This document shows, piece by piece, positions 39,972 to 49,835 of a stretch of DNA of 64,000 bases. Source of the DNA: Ignisphaera sp. (lineage in GTDB: Archaea; Thermoproteota; Thermoprotei_A; Sulfolobales; Ignisphaeraceae). The stretch is taken from NCBI GenBank assembly GCA_038821645.1, contig JAWBDT010000007.1, forward strand, positions 11,667-75,666, read 5' to 3'. Every line of letters begins with the position of its first letter. Within the stretch, counting starts at the first letter, position 1. The notes beneath the pieces are model-generated. The model was not told where the DNA came from. It ran no database searches and saw only the letters and a program-made list of their open reading frames with translations. Both the position numbers and the translations under genes were made by a program.

Positions 39972-40059
39972 GCGGGGGTGCCCGAGCCAGGTCAAAGGGG
40001 TCGGGCTCAGGACCCGATGGCGTAGGCCTGCGTGGGTTCAAATCCCACCCCCCGCACCA
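39972..40059 (+). tRNA. tRNA-Leu(CAG), no intron, CCA encoded
   Basis: Anticodon arm TCGGG-CTCAGGA-CCCGA, long variable arm, ends CCCCCGCACCA. Confidence 0.97.
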
Positions 40060-40510
40060 TGAAACCTTGTTTCACTATGAAGTTAACTACTTCTTCAGCC
40101 AGTCTTCTCGTCATCAGTTTGAGATTCTGTTTGGAAAGTCCTGCAGTTAATCTGATTTTCAATTCTGACGCTTCAACTCAGCGACTATTGTAAGAAGTTC
40201 ATTATTTTCATTACTGGAGCAATAATAGATACCTTCATAGATATGACTTTCTTTGATATAGATGTAATGGACATTATGTTAATGAGACTACAGAGAATAA
40301 CGAAGTTTGCTGACACTATAGCGAAGCAGCAGAAGAGGAAATGAATTCTAGTTCATAAATATTGAGATAACTCAGAGGTCAGGGTTAGAGGTATCGATGG
40401 GACTACTCTTGTTGTAGTGTCTAGTTAATCTCTATCGTTGGTTCAGCAGATCGGCACAAGCGATGGAGGTGACATCTCTCGCCATTAGAACAATCTAGAC
40501 TACGGTTCTC

Positions 40511-40678
40511 ATGAACTCATATGGAATAGCAACATCAACAATATATGCGATGGTGTTACTGATAATTGTAATACTCTCAATAACGATACTGCTGGTATTC
40601 CTAAGGTACATACTGGTCTTTATCAACAAAATATTTCAGTTTTCTTTTGCACTTCTTTTGTCTTGGGTATGTGAATGA
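40511..40678 (+). CDS. Small hydrophobic protein, 55 aa (below the ORF-track cut-off)
   Basis: MNSYGIATSTIYAMVLLIIVILSITILLVFLRYILVFINKIFQFSFALLLSWVCE*; stop overlaps the next ATG (ATGA). Confidence 0.4.
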   Translation: MNSYGIATSTIYAMVLLIIVILSITILLVFLRYILVFINKIFQFSFALLLSWVCE

Positions 40679-41625
40679 AAGTGATGATAATTTCAGTACT
40701 TATGTTTGTTACTTTCTTTGTTAGTGTTCATGCCTATAGTGTTTATAACGTTATCGATGTCCATCACGCATTACTGTTTCTGAAATCCCAGTACATCGAA
40801 GAGGCTGGATTGCTGAGAGCAGCAGTGAGAGCGTATCCAGACAATACAACAATATATATAGCAAACGACAACGTCCTCGCTGCGAGGGCTCTTGCTATCC
40901 TAGGAGATAGGGATCTATCTAGTAGGATACTCACGAAGCTGAACAATGAGTATGGTGGAGGCTTCAATGGTAGAATAGAGATACTCTTTGGTGTGGACAT
41001 ACCGGAGGTGTTCTATACACCAGTTCACGAAGAGCTGGGGAGTGTAGGTGAGTACAGGATCATCTATGAAAAGCCTGGGAACCAAGTTATCGAGGATTGG
41101 CACGAGTACGCCGACTTGGTTGTGTACCGTGCACTAAAGCGATTGCTCTGGGGCTCCAGAGCACAGGCTGAACTACTCTTTCTTGAACTAGTGAGAATGT
41201 GGGATGGATACGGATTTAGAGATAAAGCATATACTGCCACGGGTATGTATAGTACATACAAATGCGGGCTCTTCATCTACCTCTACCGTGCTCTTGATTC
41301 AGCTGGATCAGATATTGTTAAAGACCACGTTAATATCAGGAACAAGTGCCTTGAGATAATAGCAATGGCTCAAGACCTCGAGACAGGTGGGATAAGAACA
41401 GACTACAGAGCCGTCAATGAGGAAATCATCATTGAGGGAGACGTGAACGTTGAAACAACAAGCATTATTGTATTAGCGCTCTACTCCGATTACCCACTAG
41501 TGTTCTCGAGAAGCACTAGACAAGTTAACCCAGTTGCCAAAGCGTATCCACTTGCTGAGCCAGTAGCATATCTAGTAATAGCGTTAATAGTGTTTATATA
41601 TAGATTTATATGGAAACCTGTCTAA
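40675..41625 (+). CDS. Secreted, C-terminally anchored hypothetical protein (possible alpha/alpha-barrel)
   Basis: N-terminal signal peptide (..VSVHA), C-terminal TM helix followed by basic residues. Confidence 0.75.
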   Translation: MKVMIISVLMFVTFFVSVHAYSVYNVIDVHHALLFLKSQYIEEAGLLRAAVRAYPDNTTIYIANDNVLAARALAILGDRDLSSRILTKLNNEYGGGFNGRIEILFGVDIPEVFYTPVHEELGSVGEYRIIYEKPGNQVIEDWHEYADLVVYRALKRLLWGSRAQAELLFLELVRMWDGYGFRDKAYTATGMYSTYKCGLFIYLYRALDSAGSDIVKDHVNIRNKCLEIIAMAQDLETGGIRTDYRAVNEEIIIEGDVNVETTSIIVLALYSDYPLVFSRSTRQVNPVAKAYPLAEPVAYLVIALIVFIYRFIWKPV

Positions 41626-41849
41626 GCTGACCATAATACCACAAGTAATACATTGAATCCTTCTCTAAGCCTCTTTGAACTTTTCCTACTCCCCACACAT
41701 TAATGTTAGACTGTACTCGGTAATGGAGATGTTGTTCCTACAGGATATACAGGAGGTTATTAAACGCTTTGGAGTACTTACCAAGTGGTTCAAGAAGAAT
41801 AGGAAGAATCAACTCTGTGTGCGAACAGTTAATTAGGGATCAACTAGAT

Positions 41850-41895
41850 GTTAAGCTTAGGACTCAAGATGTAGGCTTACATGGGTTCAAATTCT
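41850..41895 (+). repeat. Degenerate copy of the tRNA-Leu 3' half (att-like)
   Basis: gcttaggactcaa-gatgtaggcttacatgggttcaaattct versus gctcaggacccgatggcgtaggcctgcgtgggttcaaatccc: 31/42 identical by hand alignment. Confidence 0.8.
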
Positions 41896-42022
41896 CTACA
41901 CTAGAGTTCCTCTACTAGTGCTTAAGCATCTAATATATTATTTTCATTAAAATCTCGATTAAGATTAAGAGATAATGATAGTTTGTTTCTCGTAATACAC
42001 GACGTAGCTAGCTTCTATGTGC

Positions 42023-43171
42023 TTAAGAAATGTCTCTCCACAGTAATTCAAGTTGATCAGCATATTCATACACTTCTTCAAGCTCTTTACTACTTACATG
42101 TCTATTTATGTCGCTATATTGATGAGCTTTATATTCAGGTCTGTATTGATCCATGATATTGACTAGAACCCTATCTTTCGGAAGATTTTCTGCTATCCAT
42201 CTCAATACAGGCTTCGAGCAACACTCTACATGGTTTGGAAGTACGAGATGGCGTATGATCATGTCCCCCCATTCTATGGCTATGCGGTGATTCCTACCAA
42301 CAACTTCTAGATATTTAGGTATACCTGAAAGTCTTTGAGCGCATGAGTTGTTTCCATACTTAAAGTCTGGTAGCCATATATCTATCACGTATATTAATAG
42401 ATTTAGAGCTTCTTCACTCATATAGAAATTACTATTCCATAACTGAGGAACATTCACATCTAGAAACCTCATGCTATCTAAGATGTTATGTATATCTGGC
42501 GTAGGATCTCCACCTACATGATTAATGTTTCTAGCACCCTTACGTCTGAGATCTTTTTGCATAAGTGCAAGTTGATGGGATGATACTTCGATACCATTGA
42601 AAGGATTTTCTTGAGATATATCCCAATTTTGACAGAAAACACACCTAAAGTTACAACTTCCATAGAAAATAGTTCCACTAGGAACTAGAGGAGCTTCTTC
42701 ACCTATATGTAGAAACCAGCTATGTACATAAGATCTACTATCAAGTCTACAGAAACCTCTTCTACCTTCACTTCTATCGATACCGCATCTCCATTCACAA
42801 AATCTACAGCTTTTCAGTATTTTAAATGCTATCTTGGTCTCGAGATCCAGTAGATTTGGAGTAGATTCTCCATACTTTTTCTTAAACTCTCTAAACCCTA
42901 TACCAGATTTCCGAACCTCTTGCCATAAAGAAGTAAAAATCTTTCCAGCATCTCTATGTACACCTACTAGACTATCTATATCTAGAGAATTTATGTTACC
43001 AACATCTCTAGGAATTTCCACAGCCTTAGCTATATGAAATTTAGCGGGATAATCATCAAGAAGAATAGCATAATACCAGCTCAAAGTTTTTCTAAAAGTC
43101 TCGTTATGGAGAGCTCTTATAGCATCAGGCCTGACATAATACCAGTAACTTTCTTTTAGTATGTCTTTCAA
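42023..43171 (-). CDS. Radical SAM protein, PflX family
   Basis: CRFCEWRC, H.GEE.PLVPSGTIF, CNFRCVFCQN, GGDPTP, PDFKYGN, RHLVLP. Confidence 0.9.
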   Translation of the reverse strand: MKDILKESYWYYVRPDAIRALHNETFRKTLSWYYAILLDDYPAKFHIAKAVEIPRDVGNINSLDIDSLVGVHRDAGKIFTSLWQEVRKSGIGFREFKKKYGESTPNLLDLETKIAFKILKSCRFCEWRCGIDRSEGRRGFCRLDSRSYVHSWFLHIGEEAPLVPSGTIFYGSCNFRCVFCQNWDISQENPFNGIEVSSHQLALMQKDLRRKGARNINHVGGDPTPDIHNILDSMRFLDVNVPQLWNSNFYMSEEALNLLIYVIDIWLPDFKYGNNSCAQRLSGIPKYLEVVGRNHRIAIEWGDMIIRHLVLPNHVECCSKPVLRWIAENLPKDRVLVNIMDQYRPEYKAHQYSDINRHVSSKELEEVYEYADQLELLWRDIS

Positions 43172-43949
43172 TTTTTCTTCGCCTATAGATACCCACTCTA
43201 GAGTTAGTTATACTTGATTCAATCTACTTTAGTCTTTATATTTCATTCATGAATTATCTGAATCAATAAATACGCTATATAACTAGTGTTTAGAGTCTTA
43301 TAAATCTTTGACTACATTCATAACAAATCTAGTCACTAAATCTTAGAGTCTAATGGTTTCTAATCATATTGAAGTATCTAGATCTTAGCTAAAGAATTGA
43401 CATCATAACAATTCTTTAAAACATAGCCTGGTTCATAATCATTATGTATCTTAGCTTGGTGAAGAGTGATTAAAATCTAATTATGTAACACGATGTTTAT
43501 TGTAAGCTATATTAGAGGTTGTAGAATTTCAATAATATGCTAGTGGTTAGAGTGATCTTAATTTTGTGGCTGTTTCACAGAATCTGAAGTAATATCGTCA
43601 TAGATTACACATATAGAGAATATAGATACACCATATACTCACTATGTATTCTATCTGATGTATGCTCATTTCGATAATTTACTTATATGTACTCCATTGT
43701 ATCTGGATCATAACCTATTTGACTAAACAACAAAATAGATATATCAATTGATTCAAGGTTTCCTATACCCCGATAATCATCATATATCAGTGGGCATGAC
43801 TTAAGACATCTCTTATCTTTTTATAATACATCTACTACTTTCGGCAATATAAGTTTTAACCTTACCATTATGCTAACTTTTAAATATTTGAGGTTTCTGT
43901 GATCTAGTTACATAGACTCAGCATAGATTATGAAAGGTGATTAAAGAAC

Positions 43950-45101
43950 TTGAGAAAGGTCTATGTTGTTGGTGTAGGCATGGTTAAGATCGATAGACAT
44001 TATGACAAAGGGTTTGCTGAACTTATTCACGAAGCTTTTGTAAAAGCTTATGAAGATAGTAAGGGTATAGAACCTGAAGGAATCGTGGTAGGAAATATGA
44101 TGAGTAGTTCTCTCTATCAACAAGATTCTTTAGCAGCTTTAGCGACAGATGCTATGGGCTTAAGAGGTAAAGGTGGATTTAAAGTTGAAGCAGCTTGTGG
44201 TAGTGGGGGACATGCATTTGTGGCAGGGTTTTCTTTAGTTGCTTCAGGATTATACGATGCTGTAGCTGTTATTGGTGTCGAGAAAATGTCTGATTATCCT
44301 ACATCTAGAGTAACATCTGCTTTAGCTCAAGCAGCTGATGCTGAACATGAAGTTATCTATGGAGCTAGTTTTGCATCACTTAATGCCCTGGTCATGAGGA
44401 TGTACATGAGTAAGTATGAAGCTAAAAGAGAGGATTTAGCTTTATGGCCTGTTAGAATGCATGAGCACGCTTCCTATAATCCTTATGCACAGCTTAGAAA
44501 CAGGATAAAGATTGAAGATGTTTTAAATTCAACAATTATAGCAGACCCCATAAGACTTATGGATTCTGCACCTATAGGTGATGGAGCAGCTGTAGTAATA
44601 CTTACTTCAGAAGATATTGCTAGAAAGTTTAATGATACACCTATACATGTTGCTGGAGTAGGTCTTGGTAGTGATGCTCTAGATATTAGTTCTAGAGACG
44701 ATCTTCTGAAACCTTTAAGCATAATCAGAGCTGCTGAAAAAGCTTACCGTATGGCTAAGGTAGAGCCAAAAGATATTGATGTAGCAGAAATACATGATGC
44801 ATTCACTATTACCGCTCTCTTGTGTATAGAAGGACTAGGTTTCTCTGATTGGGGATTGTCATGGAAGTTTGTGAAAGAGGGTAGATTCACTAGAGATGAT
44901 AGACCTGCGCTAAACTTGAGTGGAGGTTTAAAAGCTAGAGGTCATCCCGTAGGTGCTACAGGTGTATACCAGATTGCAGAAATAGTTATGCAACTTAGAG
45001 GTGACTTTCCAGGTCTGAGAGCATCTTCACCTGAATTAGGTTTAGCATTAAATACAGGTGGTGTTGGAACTTTGACCTCGGTGGTTATTCTGAAGAGGTG
45101 A
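43950..45101 (+). CDS. Acetoacetyl-CoA thiolase (archaeal SCP-x type)
   Basis: Motifs EAACGSG, EIHDAF, SGGLKARGHPVGATG. Confidence 0.92.
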   Translation: MRKVYVVGVGMVKIDRHYDKGFAELIHEAFVKAYEDSKGIEPEGIVVGNMMSSSLYQQDSLAALATDAMGLRGKGGFKVEAACGSGGHAFVAGFSLVASGLYDAVAVIGVEKMSDYPTSRVTSALAQAADAEHEVIYGASFASLNALVMRMYMSKYEAKREDLALWPVRMHEHASYNPYAQLRNRIKIEDVLNSTIIADPIRLMDSAPIGDGAAVVILTSEDIARKFNDTPIHVAGVGLGSDALDISSRDDLLKPLSIIRAAEKAYRMAKVEPKDIDVAEIHDAFTITALLCIEGLGFSDWGLSWKFVKEGRFTRDDRPALNLSGGLKARGHPVGATGVYQIAEIVMQLRGDFPGLRASSPELGLALNTGGVGTLTSVVILKR

Positions 45102-45107
45102 AGAGAT

Positions 45108-45530
45108 ATGATTATGTCTCCAGCTAGAGTTTGGAGAGAAAGAGGAGCTAGACTAAGACTAGAAGGTGTTAGATGTAGAAAATGCAATAGGATTTTCTAT
45201 CCACCTAAACCATCGTGTCCCTATTGTGGGTTTAGAGAAACAGAAAGAGTAGATCTACCTAAAAGAGGTAGAGTAGTTAGCTGGAGTATAGAGAATATAG
45301 TTCCTGAAGGATATAGGGTTGAAGCGCCAGTGATTTTGGCGCTAATAGAACTTGAAAATGGTGTTAAGGTGTTATCAACATTAACTGATGTAGATCCAGA
45401 GAACCTCTACGAAGGTATGGAGGTAGAAGCTGTATTAAGAAGATTATGGGTTGAAGGTACAGAGGGACTCATAGTTTATGGCATCAAGTTTACACCTATT
45501 CATGTAGGTAATAGAGGTACAGCTCTTTAG
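45108..45530 (+). CDS. DUF35 Zn-ribbon/OB-fold protein (thiolase partner)
   Basis: CRKC..IFYPP...CPYC, GMEVEAVLR, YGIKF; directly after the thiolase. Confidence 0.92.
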   Translation: MIMSPARVWRERGARLRLEGVRCRKCNRIFYPPKPSCPYCGFRETERVDLPKRGRVVSWSIENIVPEGYRVEAPVILALIELENGVKVLSTLTDVDPENLYEGMEVEAVLRRLWVEGTEGLIVYGIKFTPIHVGNRGTAL

Positions 45531-45543
45531 TTAATAGAGGTAC
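45509..45543 (+). repeat. 12-bp direct repeat containing an RBS
   Basis: TAATAGAGGTAC at 45509-45520 and 45532-45543. Confidence 0.6.
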
Positions 45544-45552
45544 TGTTAGCTG

Positions 45553-47037
45553 ATGTATAGAATTAAAGCAATAATTTTTTCTACATGCGTCTTGTTATCA
45601 ACCCTCATGATTATAGCTCTAGCGATAGGAGTAACATTCTATGTATATTCAAGCTATGTAGATAATAGTATTGAGTTAAATGCCTCAAGAAACTTTCTAG
45701 CTATAGTTACAGTAATATTGGTTGTTAGCTCCATTATAGCGTACATATTTCGTCACTATGTTATTACAGAGATAGTTGATGCACTTATTGTTGTAGCTAT
45801 CTATTGGTTTATTGTTCCTTTCGTTAATGCACTAATATATGGATACGTAATTGGTCTAGATTTTGTTAACGCTCTTTTCGAGTCTGTAAGTGGATTTTCT
45901 GGAACAGGATTAACTATACTATCCGATATAGAGAAGTATCCTTACATTGTACTCATGTGGAGAGCTGCTACACAATGGATAGGCGAACTTAGTGTTGTAG
46001 TATTCTCTGGAGCTCTTTTACCTCATATTCATAGAATCTTGAGCAGGGTTTATGTAGCTGAACGTGGTGTAAGATTTGCACCAACAATACTTTCAACAAC
46101 TAGAAGGATGCTCATAACATACATTATTTTAACAATAATCGGAGTCTTTATGTTTATGTATAGTGGTATGGAGTTCCTTGATGCATTAGCTCATTCAATG
46201 ACAGGTATAGCTACTGGTGGTATGTCAACAAATACGCAAAGTATTGCATACTGGTATAAAACTCATGGGTATAGGATTCTAGTAGTGTCTACAATTGTGA
46301 TGATCTTAGGGGCACTAAATTTTGTAGATCTCTATAATCTTGTGAGAGGTAAAATTAAGGAATTTTTTAAAAGTTTAGAGGTCAAATGGTTTATACTTAT
46401 AACAGTAATACTAGCTATCATAACTATAGGAATAACCTTATGCCTTTTAGGAAATAGCTTCGAGCATGTAGTGATAGTTATATATAATTTGATGTCAGGA
46501 TTAACAACTACAGGATTTCAGGTAGGTGATATAGGTCGCTATCCCGATATACTGAAGATATTAATAATTCTGGCTATGGCTATTGGTGGAGCTACATTCT
46601 CAACGGCAGGAGGCATAAAGATAAAGAGAGTAGCATTAGTACTTAAATCAGTGGTATGGTCGTTATCTAAATCCTTTCTTCCCGAAAATGTTTATATAGT
46701 TAAGAAAGTGAATGGAGAGATAGTGGAAGATGAAGATATAGTATCAACTTACGCATTCATATTACTCTATATTGTAATAGCTTTGACAGCCTCAGCCTCT
46801 CTCTTCATCATATTGCAGGTTAGGGGCTATAATTGGAGCTATAGCTATATAGATGTTCTTTTTGAAACAGTTTCTGCATTATCTTGTGTTGGTCTCTCAA
46901 CAGGTGTAACAACAATATTCATGCCATTAGAAGCTAAAGTGGTGTTAATGATTGTTATGTATCTTGGTAGACTAGAATTTTTGCCGATATATCTGATTAT
47001 AGGGTACCTCTATAGAAAGAAAATAACTCTTGGATGA
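45553..47037 (+). CDS. trkH: Trk potassium uptake membrane protein
   Basis: Pore loops FESVSGFSGTG, ATGGMS, TTTGF, STAGGIK, ETVSALSCVGLSTG, and GRLE. Confidence 0.92.
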   Translation: MYRIKAIIFSTCVLLSTLMIIALAIGVTFYVYSSYVDNSIELNASRNFLAIVTVILVVSSIIAYIFRHYVITEIVDALIVVAIYWFIVPFVNALIYGYVIGLDFVNALFESVSGFSGTGLTILSDIEKYPYIVLMWRAATQWIGELSVVVFSGALLPHIHRILSRVYVAERGVRFAPTILSTTRRMLITYIILTIIGVFMFMYSGMEFLDALAHSMTGIATGGMSTNTQSIAYWYKTHGYRILVVSTIVMILGALNFVDLYNLVRGKIKEFFKSLEVKWFILITVILAIITIGITLCLLGNSFEHVVIVIYNLMSGLTTTGFQVGDIGRYPDILKILIILAMAIGGATFSTAGGIKIKRVALVLKSVVWSLSKSFLPENVYIVKKVNGEIVEDEDIVSTYAFILLYIVIALTASASLFIILQVRGYNWSYSYIDVLFETVSALSCVGLSTGVTTIFMPLEAKVVLMIVMYLGRLEFLPIYLIIGYLYRKKITLG

Positions 47038-47086
47038 AATAGCTTTATTATATAGCTATCATAAATAATGTCTAGGTTGAACCTAG

Positions 47087-47728
47087 ATGCGGGTTATAGT
47101 AGTAGGAGCTGTTGATGAAATTATGGAGTTGATTAGAGAGCTCATTGATAAAGGACATGAAGTTGTGGTGCTAGATGATGATAATACTAGAATAGATAGA
47201 TTTGTTCAAGAACTTGATGTAGCGGTATATCTATTCTCGTTATTTGATTTAACAACATTTATGCGTGCAGGTATGCATAAAGCTGATATAGTTCTAGTAG
47301 CACATCCTGTTGATACAGTAAATGTATTAGTGTGTATATATGCAAAAAGTCTTGGTGTACCAAAAATTTATGCAGTTGTAGGTTCTGCTCATACAGCCAA
47401 TGTGTTGAGTAAATTAGGTTTTGTAGAAAGAGTATTAGTGAAATCTACTTTGGTTAGAAGATCACTTACTGAATTGATATATGGTGTAAGGATCATAGAG
47501 CTAGATGAAGATAACTACCTAGTAATGTTAACATTAAGTGAAGTAAATCACTTAGAAGGTAAAAAAGTAGAAGAAGTTGAAGAACAAGGTGCAAAGATTC
47601 TAGCAATACTTGATAGCGAAAATAATCCTATTAACTATGACAAAGACTATGTATTAAAAAGAGGCGAAAAAATTGTCATCAAGATAAATAAGAGGTCTAT
47701 GGAATCTCTATTATTTAAATACAGATAG
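47087..47728 (+). CDS. trkA: TrkA-family RCK regulatory subunit
   Basis: Follows trkH; GHEVVVLD, AG...AD, D.VN....AKSLG; glycine-rich loop degenerate. Confidence 0.8.
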   Translation: MRVIVVGAVDEIMELIRELIDKGHEVVVLDDDNTRIDRFVQELDVAVYLFSLFDLTTFMRAGMHKADIVLVAHPVDTVNVLVCIYAKSLGVPKIYAVVGSAHTANVLSKLGFVERVLVKSTLVRRSLTELIYGVRIIELDEDNYLVMLTLSEVNHLEGKKVEEVEEQGAKILAILDSENNPINYDKDYVLKRGEKIVIKINKRSMESLLFKYR

Positions 47729-47794
47729 GTAAATAACAATATTTATTACCAACCTCTAGTATATATTATTTGAGCTAACTGAAGAGGTTAAATA

Positions 47795-48589
47795 ATGGTT
47801 CCTGAAGATCTGATGAAAGCCATATGGAACTTTATGCAAACGTATCATCTTATTGAAGTTTTAGTAATTTCAATAATTGTTGCAATTATATATATAGCGA
47901 TAAGGAGGATAGTATCCAGGTTTAGATCCAAAGGGTTTATATCACGAGGTACTGAAGAAACTATAAGGTTTGTATCTTTCACAGTTCTATCATTAATAGT
48001 TCTAGCTGTAGCAGTATCTTATTGGCTTCAGAACTATATTACTGCAGCATTCTTTATCACAATACTTGCTATGTTTATAGGTGTAATGGTGTACTCTATA
48101 AGGACCTATATCGAAAATGCTTTATCGTATCTTATATTCGTTACATCGAATATAGTAAGAGATGGTGAAAATGTGAAAATAGATTATGGTGGCAAGGTAT
48201 ATGAGGGAAGGATAAATATAACAGAAGGTAGTTACGCAACCATTGCCACAGAAAACAAAACAGTCTTCATTCCATATAGTGTTCTTCTTAAGTCAGTAAT
48301 AACCAAATCTCTACGTAATGTTGTTAAATTTAGGCTTAGAGTGAAGGGCCAAAATCTCGAACTTGATAAAGTTATTGAAAACATTAGAGAAACTGTGAAA
48401 GACTTGAAGATGATAAATAGAGAAAGTATTGATATAAAACCTTTAGAAATAAAAGAAGATGAGATAATTCTCAACTTATCTTTTGAGGTGCCTAATCCTC
48501 GAAACATAGAAGAATGTTATGAGATGCTAGTAAAGCTATTGACACGAGAAATACCTTATAGACTATCATTCGAACTTATAATAGATTAA
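47795..48589 (+). CDS. Small-conductance mechanosensitive channel (MscS-like)
   Basis: Three N-terminal TM helices, IENAL, G..VKI...EG.I, VFIPYS. Confidence 0.7.
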   Translation: MVPEDLMKAIWNFMQTYHLIEVLVISIIVAIIYIAIRRIVSRFRSKGFISRGTEETIRFVSFTVLSLIVLAVAVSYWLQNYITAAFFITILAMFIGVMVYSIRTYIENALSYLIFVTSNIVRDGENVKIDYGGKVYEGRINITEGSYATIATENKTVFIPYSVLLKSVITKSLRNVVKFRLRVKGQNLELDKVIENIRETVKDLKMINRESIDIKPLEIKEDEIILNLSFEVPNPRNIEECYEMLVKLLTREIPYRLSFELIID

Positions 48590-48620
48590 CAATGAAATTT
48601 GGTAAAGGCTATAAATAATT

Positions 48621-49787
48621 TTATACCTCATATTTTCTGTAATGCTCTCTTCTCTGCATTCCTTTCTCTATACGTTTTCTAAGTCTTCTACTCAGTATCT
48701 CCATAACTTCTCTAACACATGTAGGTAGATCCCAACAAGCTGATCTAGCTACGCTATCGCCCATATTTGTAACAATTCTTGCAGAAACTTCATACATTCT
48801 CCTAATGTCTTTGTTCATCATAGTATCGGATTTCTTTAATGGTTTTACAGCAAGCTTGAAGTCTATAACATTTAGGTATCTAGAGATATCTGCTAAATAG
48901 CTATTGACAATTCTCTCTACATGTACTTTAGCAATTTCATCATCTTCAACAGCTTTACTTATGCTAGCCTCTATAGGGTATATAGTTGCAGATTTTTCGA
49001 CGTATTTCTTCAGGATATCTATACCGCTTAAAACACCTAATACATTATTGTCTTCCGTAATAACAGGTATACCGGTTATACGGTTATCTATCAAGAGTTT
49101 TACAGCATTTGAAAGAGATGAGTTAGCTATAATGGTTATTGGAGGTGATGACATGAAGTCACTAACAGGAGCTGCTAAAAACGATTCCTCACTTTCTATC
49201 CATTCATATCCCTTTCTCCTACTGAGCTTTATACGATACAATCGTTCAACTATATCACTGAGAGATATAACTCCAGTAATTTTTTCAAAACGATTAACGA
49301 CAGGAAGTCTGGAGAAGGTGTTTTTCAGCATAAGCCATCTAGCTCGAGCTATACTTTCCCATTCTTGTATAGTTACTGCAGGACTGCTCATAACTTTATC
49401 AACTGTTTCTCGTGGAACTAAATTCTTTTCATACAGATACTTTAGAATAATATGTAAATTAACATGTCCAACAACTTCATTATCTTCATCAACTATAGGT
49501 ACATCTCTAGCTCTCCAAGAAGCTATAACCGCTATAGCCTTATCTATTGATTCATTCATTTTGATACTGTAGGGAGGATCCATAACTGTAGCTACTTTAG
49601 TCTCTCTACCTACACCCTTCATCAATATTGCTCTATAGCTGAGAACACCAACAAGTACGTTTCTGTCATCAACTACAGGTGCCACTCTAATTCTATGTTC
49701 GCTCATTATTGAGAGAATTTCACCTATCTTCATCAATGGTTTGAGTAGTACTGGGGGATCTATAGCAATATCTATTATCGTTGACAT
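48621..49787 (-). CDS. Four CBS domains plus a C-terminal HPF/RaiA-like domain
   Basis: Repeated PVV/PIV...G CBS motifs; the last ~115 aa follow a beta-alpha-beta-beta-beta-alpha pattern ending WDL...REV...L.RRLRK. Confidence 0.75.
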   Translation of the reverse strand: MSTIIDIAIDPPVLLKPLMKIGEILSIMSEHRIRVAPVVDDRNVLVGVLSYRAILMKGVGRETKVATVMDPPYSIKMNESIDKAIAVIASWRARDVPIVDEDNEVVGHVNLHIILKYLYEKNLVPRETVDKVMSSPAVTIQEWESIARARWLMLKNTFSRLPVVNRFEKITGVISLSDIVERLYRIKLSRRKGYEWIESEESFLAAPVSDFMSSPPITIIANSSLSNAVKLLIDNRITGIPVITEDNNVLGVLSGIDILKKYVEKSATIYPIEASISKAVEDDEIAKVHVERIVNSYLADISRYLNVIDFKLAVKPLKKSDTMMNKDIRRMYEVSARIVTNMGDSVARSACWDLPTCVREVMEILSRRLRKRIEKGMQRREHYRKYEV

Positions 49788-49835
49788 AAATTCTTACCTA
49801 AAACTATGTATCGGATTCTAGTATTTTAACATTCA

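Larger units (their letters stand above)
40060..41895. mobile_element. Decayed tRNA-integrated island remnant
   Basis: Bounded by tRNA-Leu(CAG) and a degenerate direct copy of its 3' half. The cargo gene is GC-richer than its flanks. No intact integrase. Confidence 0.65.

Noticed and set aside
40010-40180. Minus-strand frame running into the tRNA (...EEVVNFIVKQGFMVRGVGFEPT), resembling an SSV-type integrase N-fragment
   Set aside because: Any antisense tRNA translates to GFEP-like text. The frame is short and no catalytic integrase part is seen, so it is not called.
40375-40428. Fragment EVRVRGIDGTTLVV resembling an NfeD C-terminus
   Set aside because: Only about 17 codons with a stop just upstream; cannot be supported.
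43745-43810. Minus-strand CTGA..ATGATGA internal box pair
   Set aside because: No convincing outer C and D boxes and no recognisable target.
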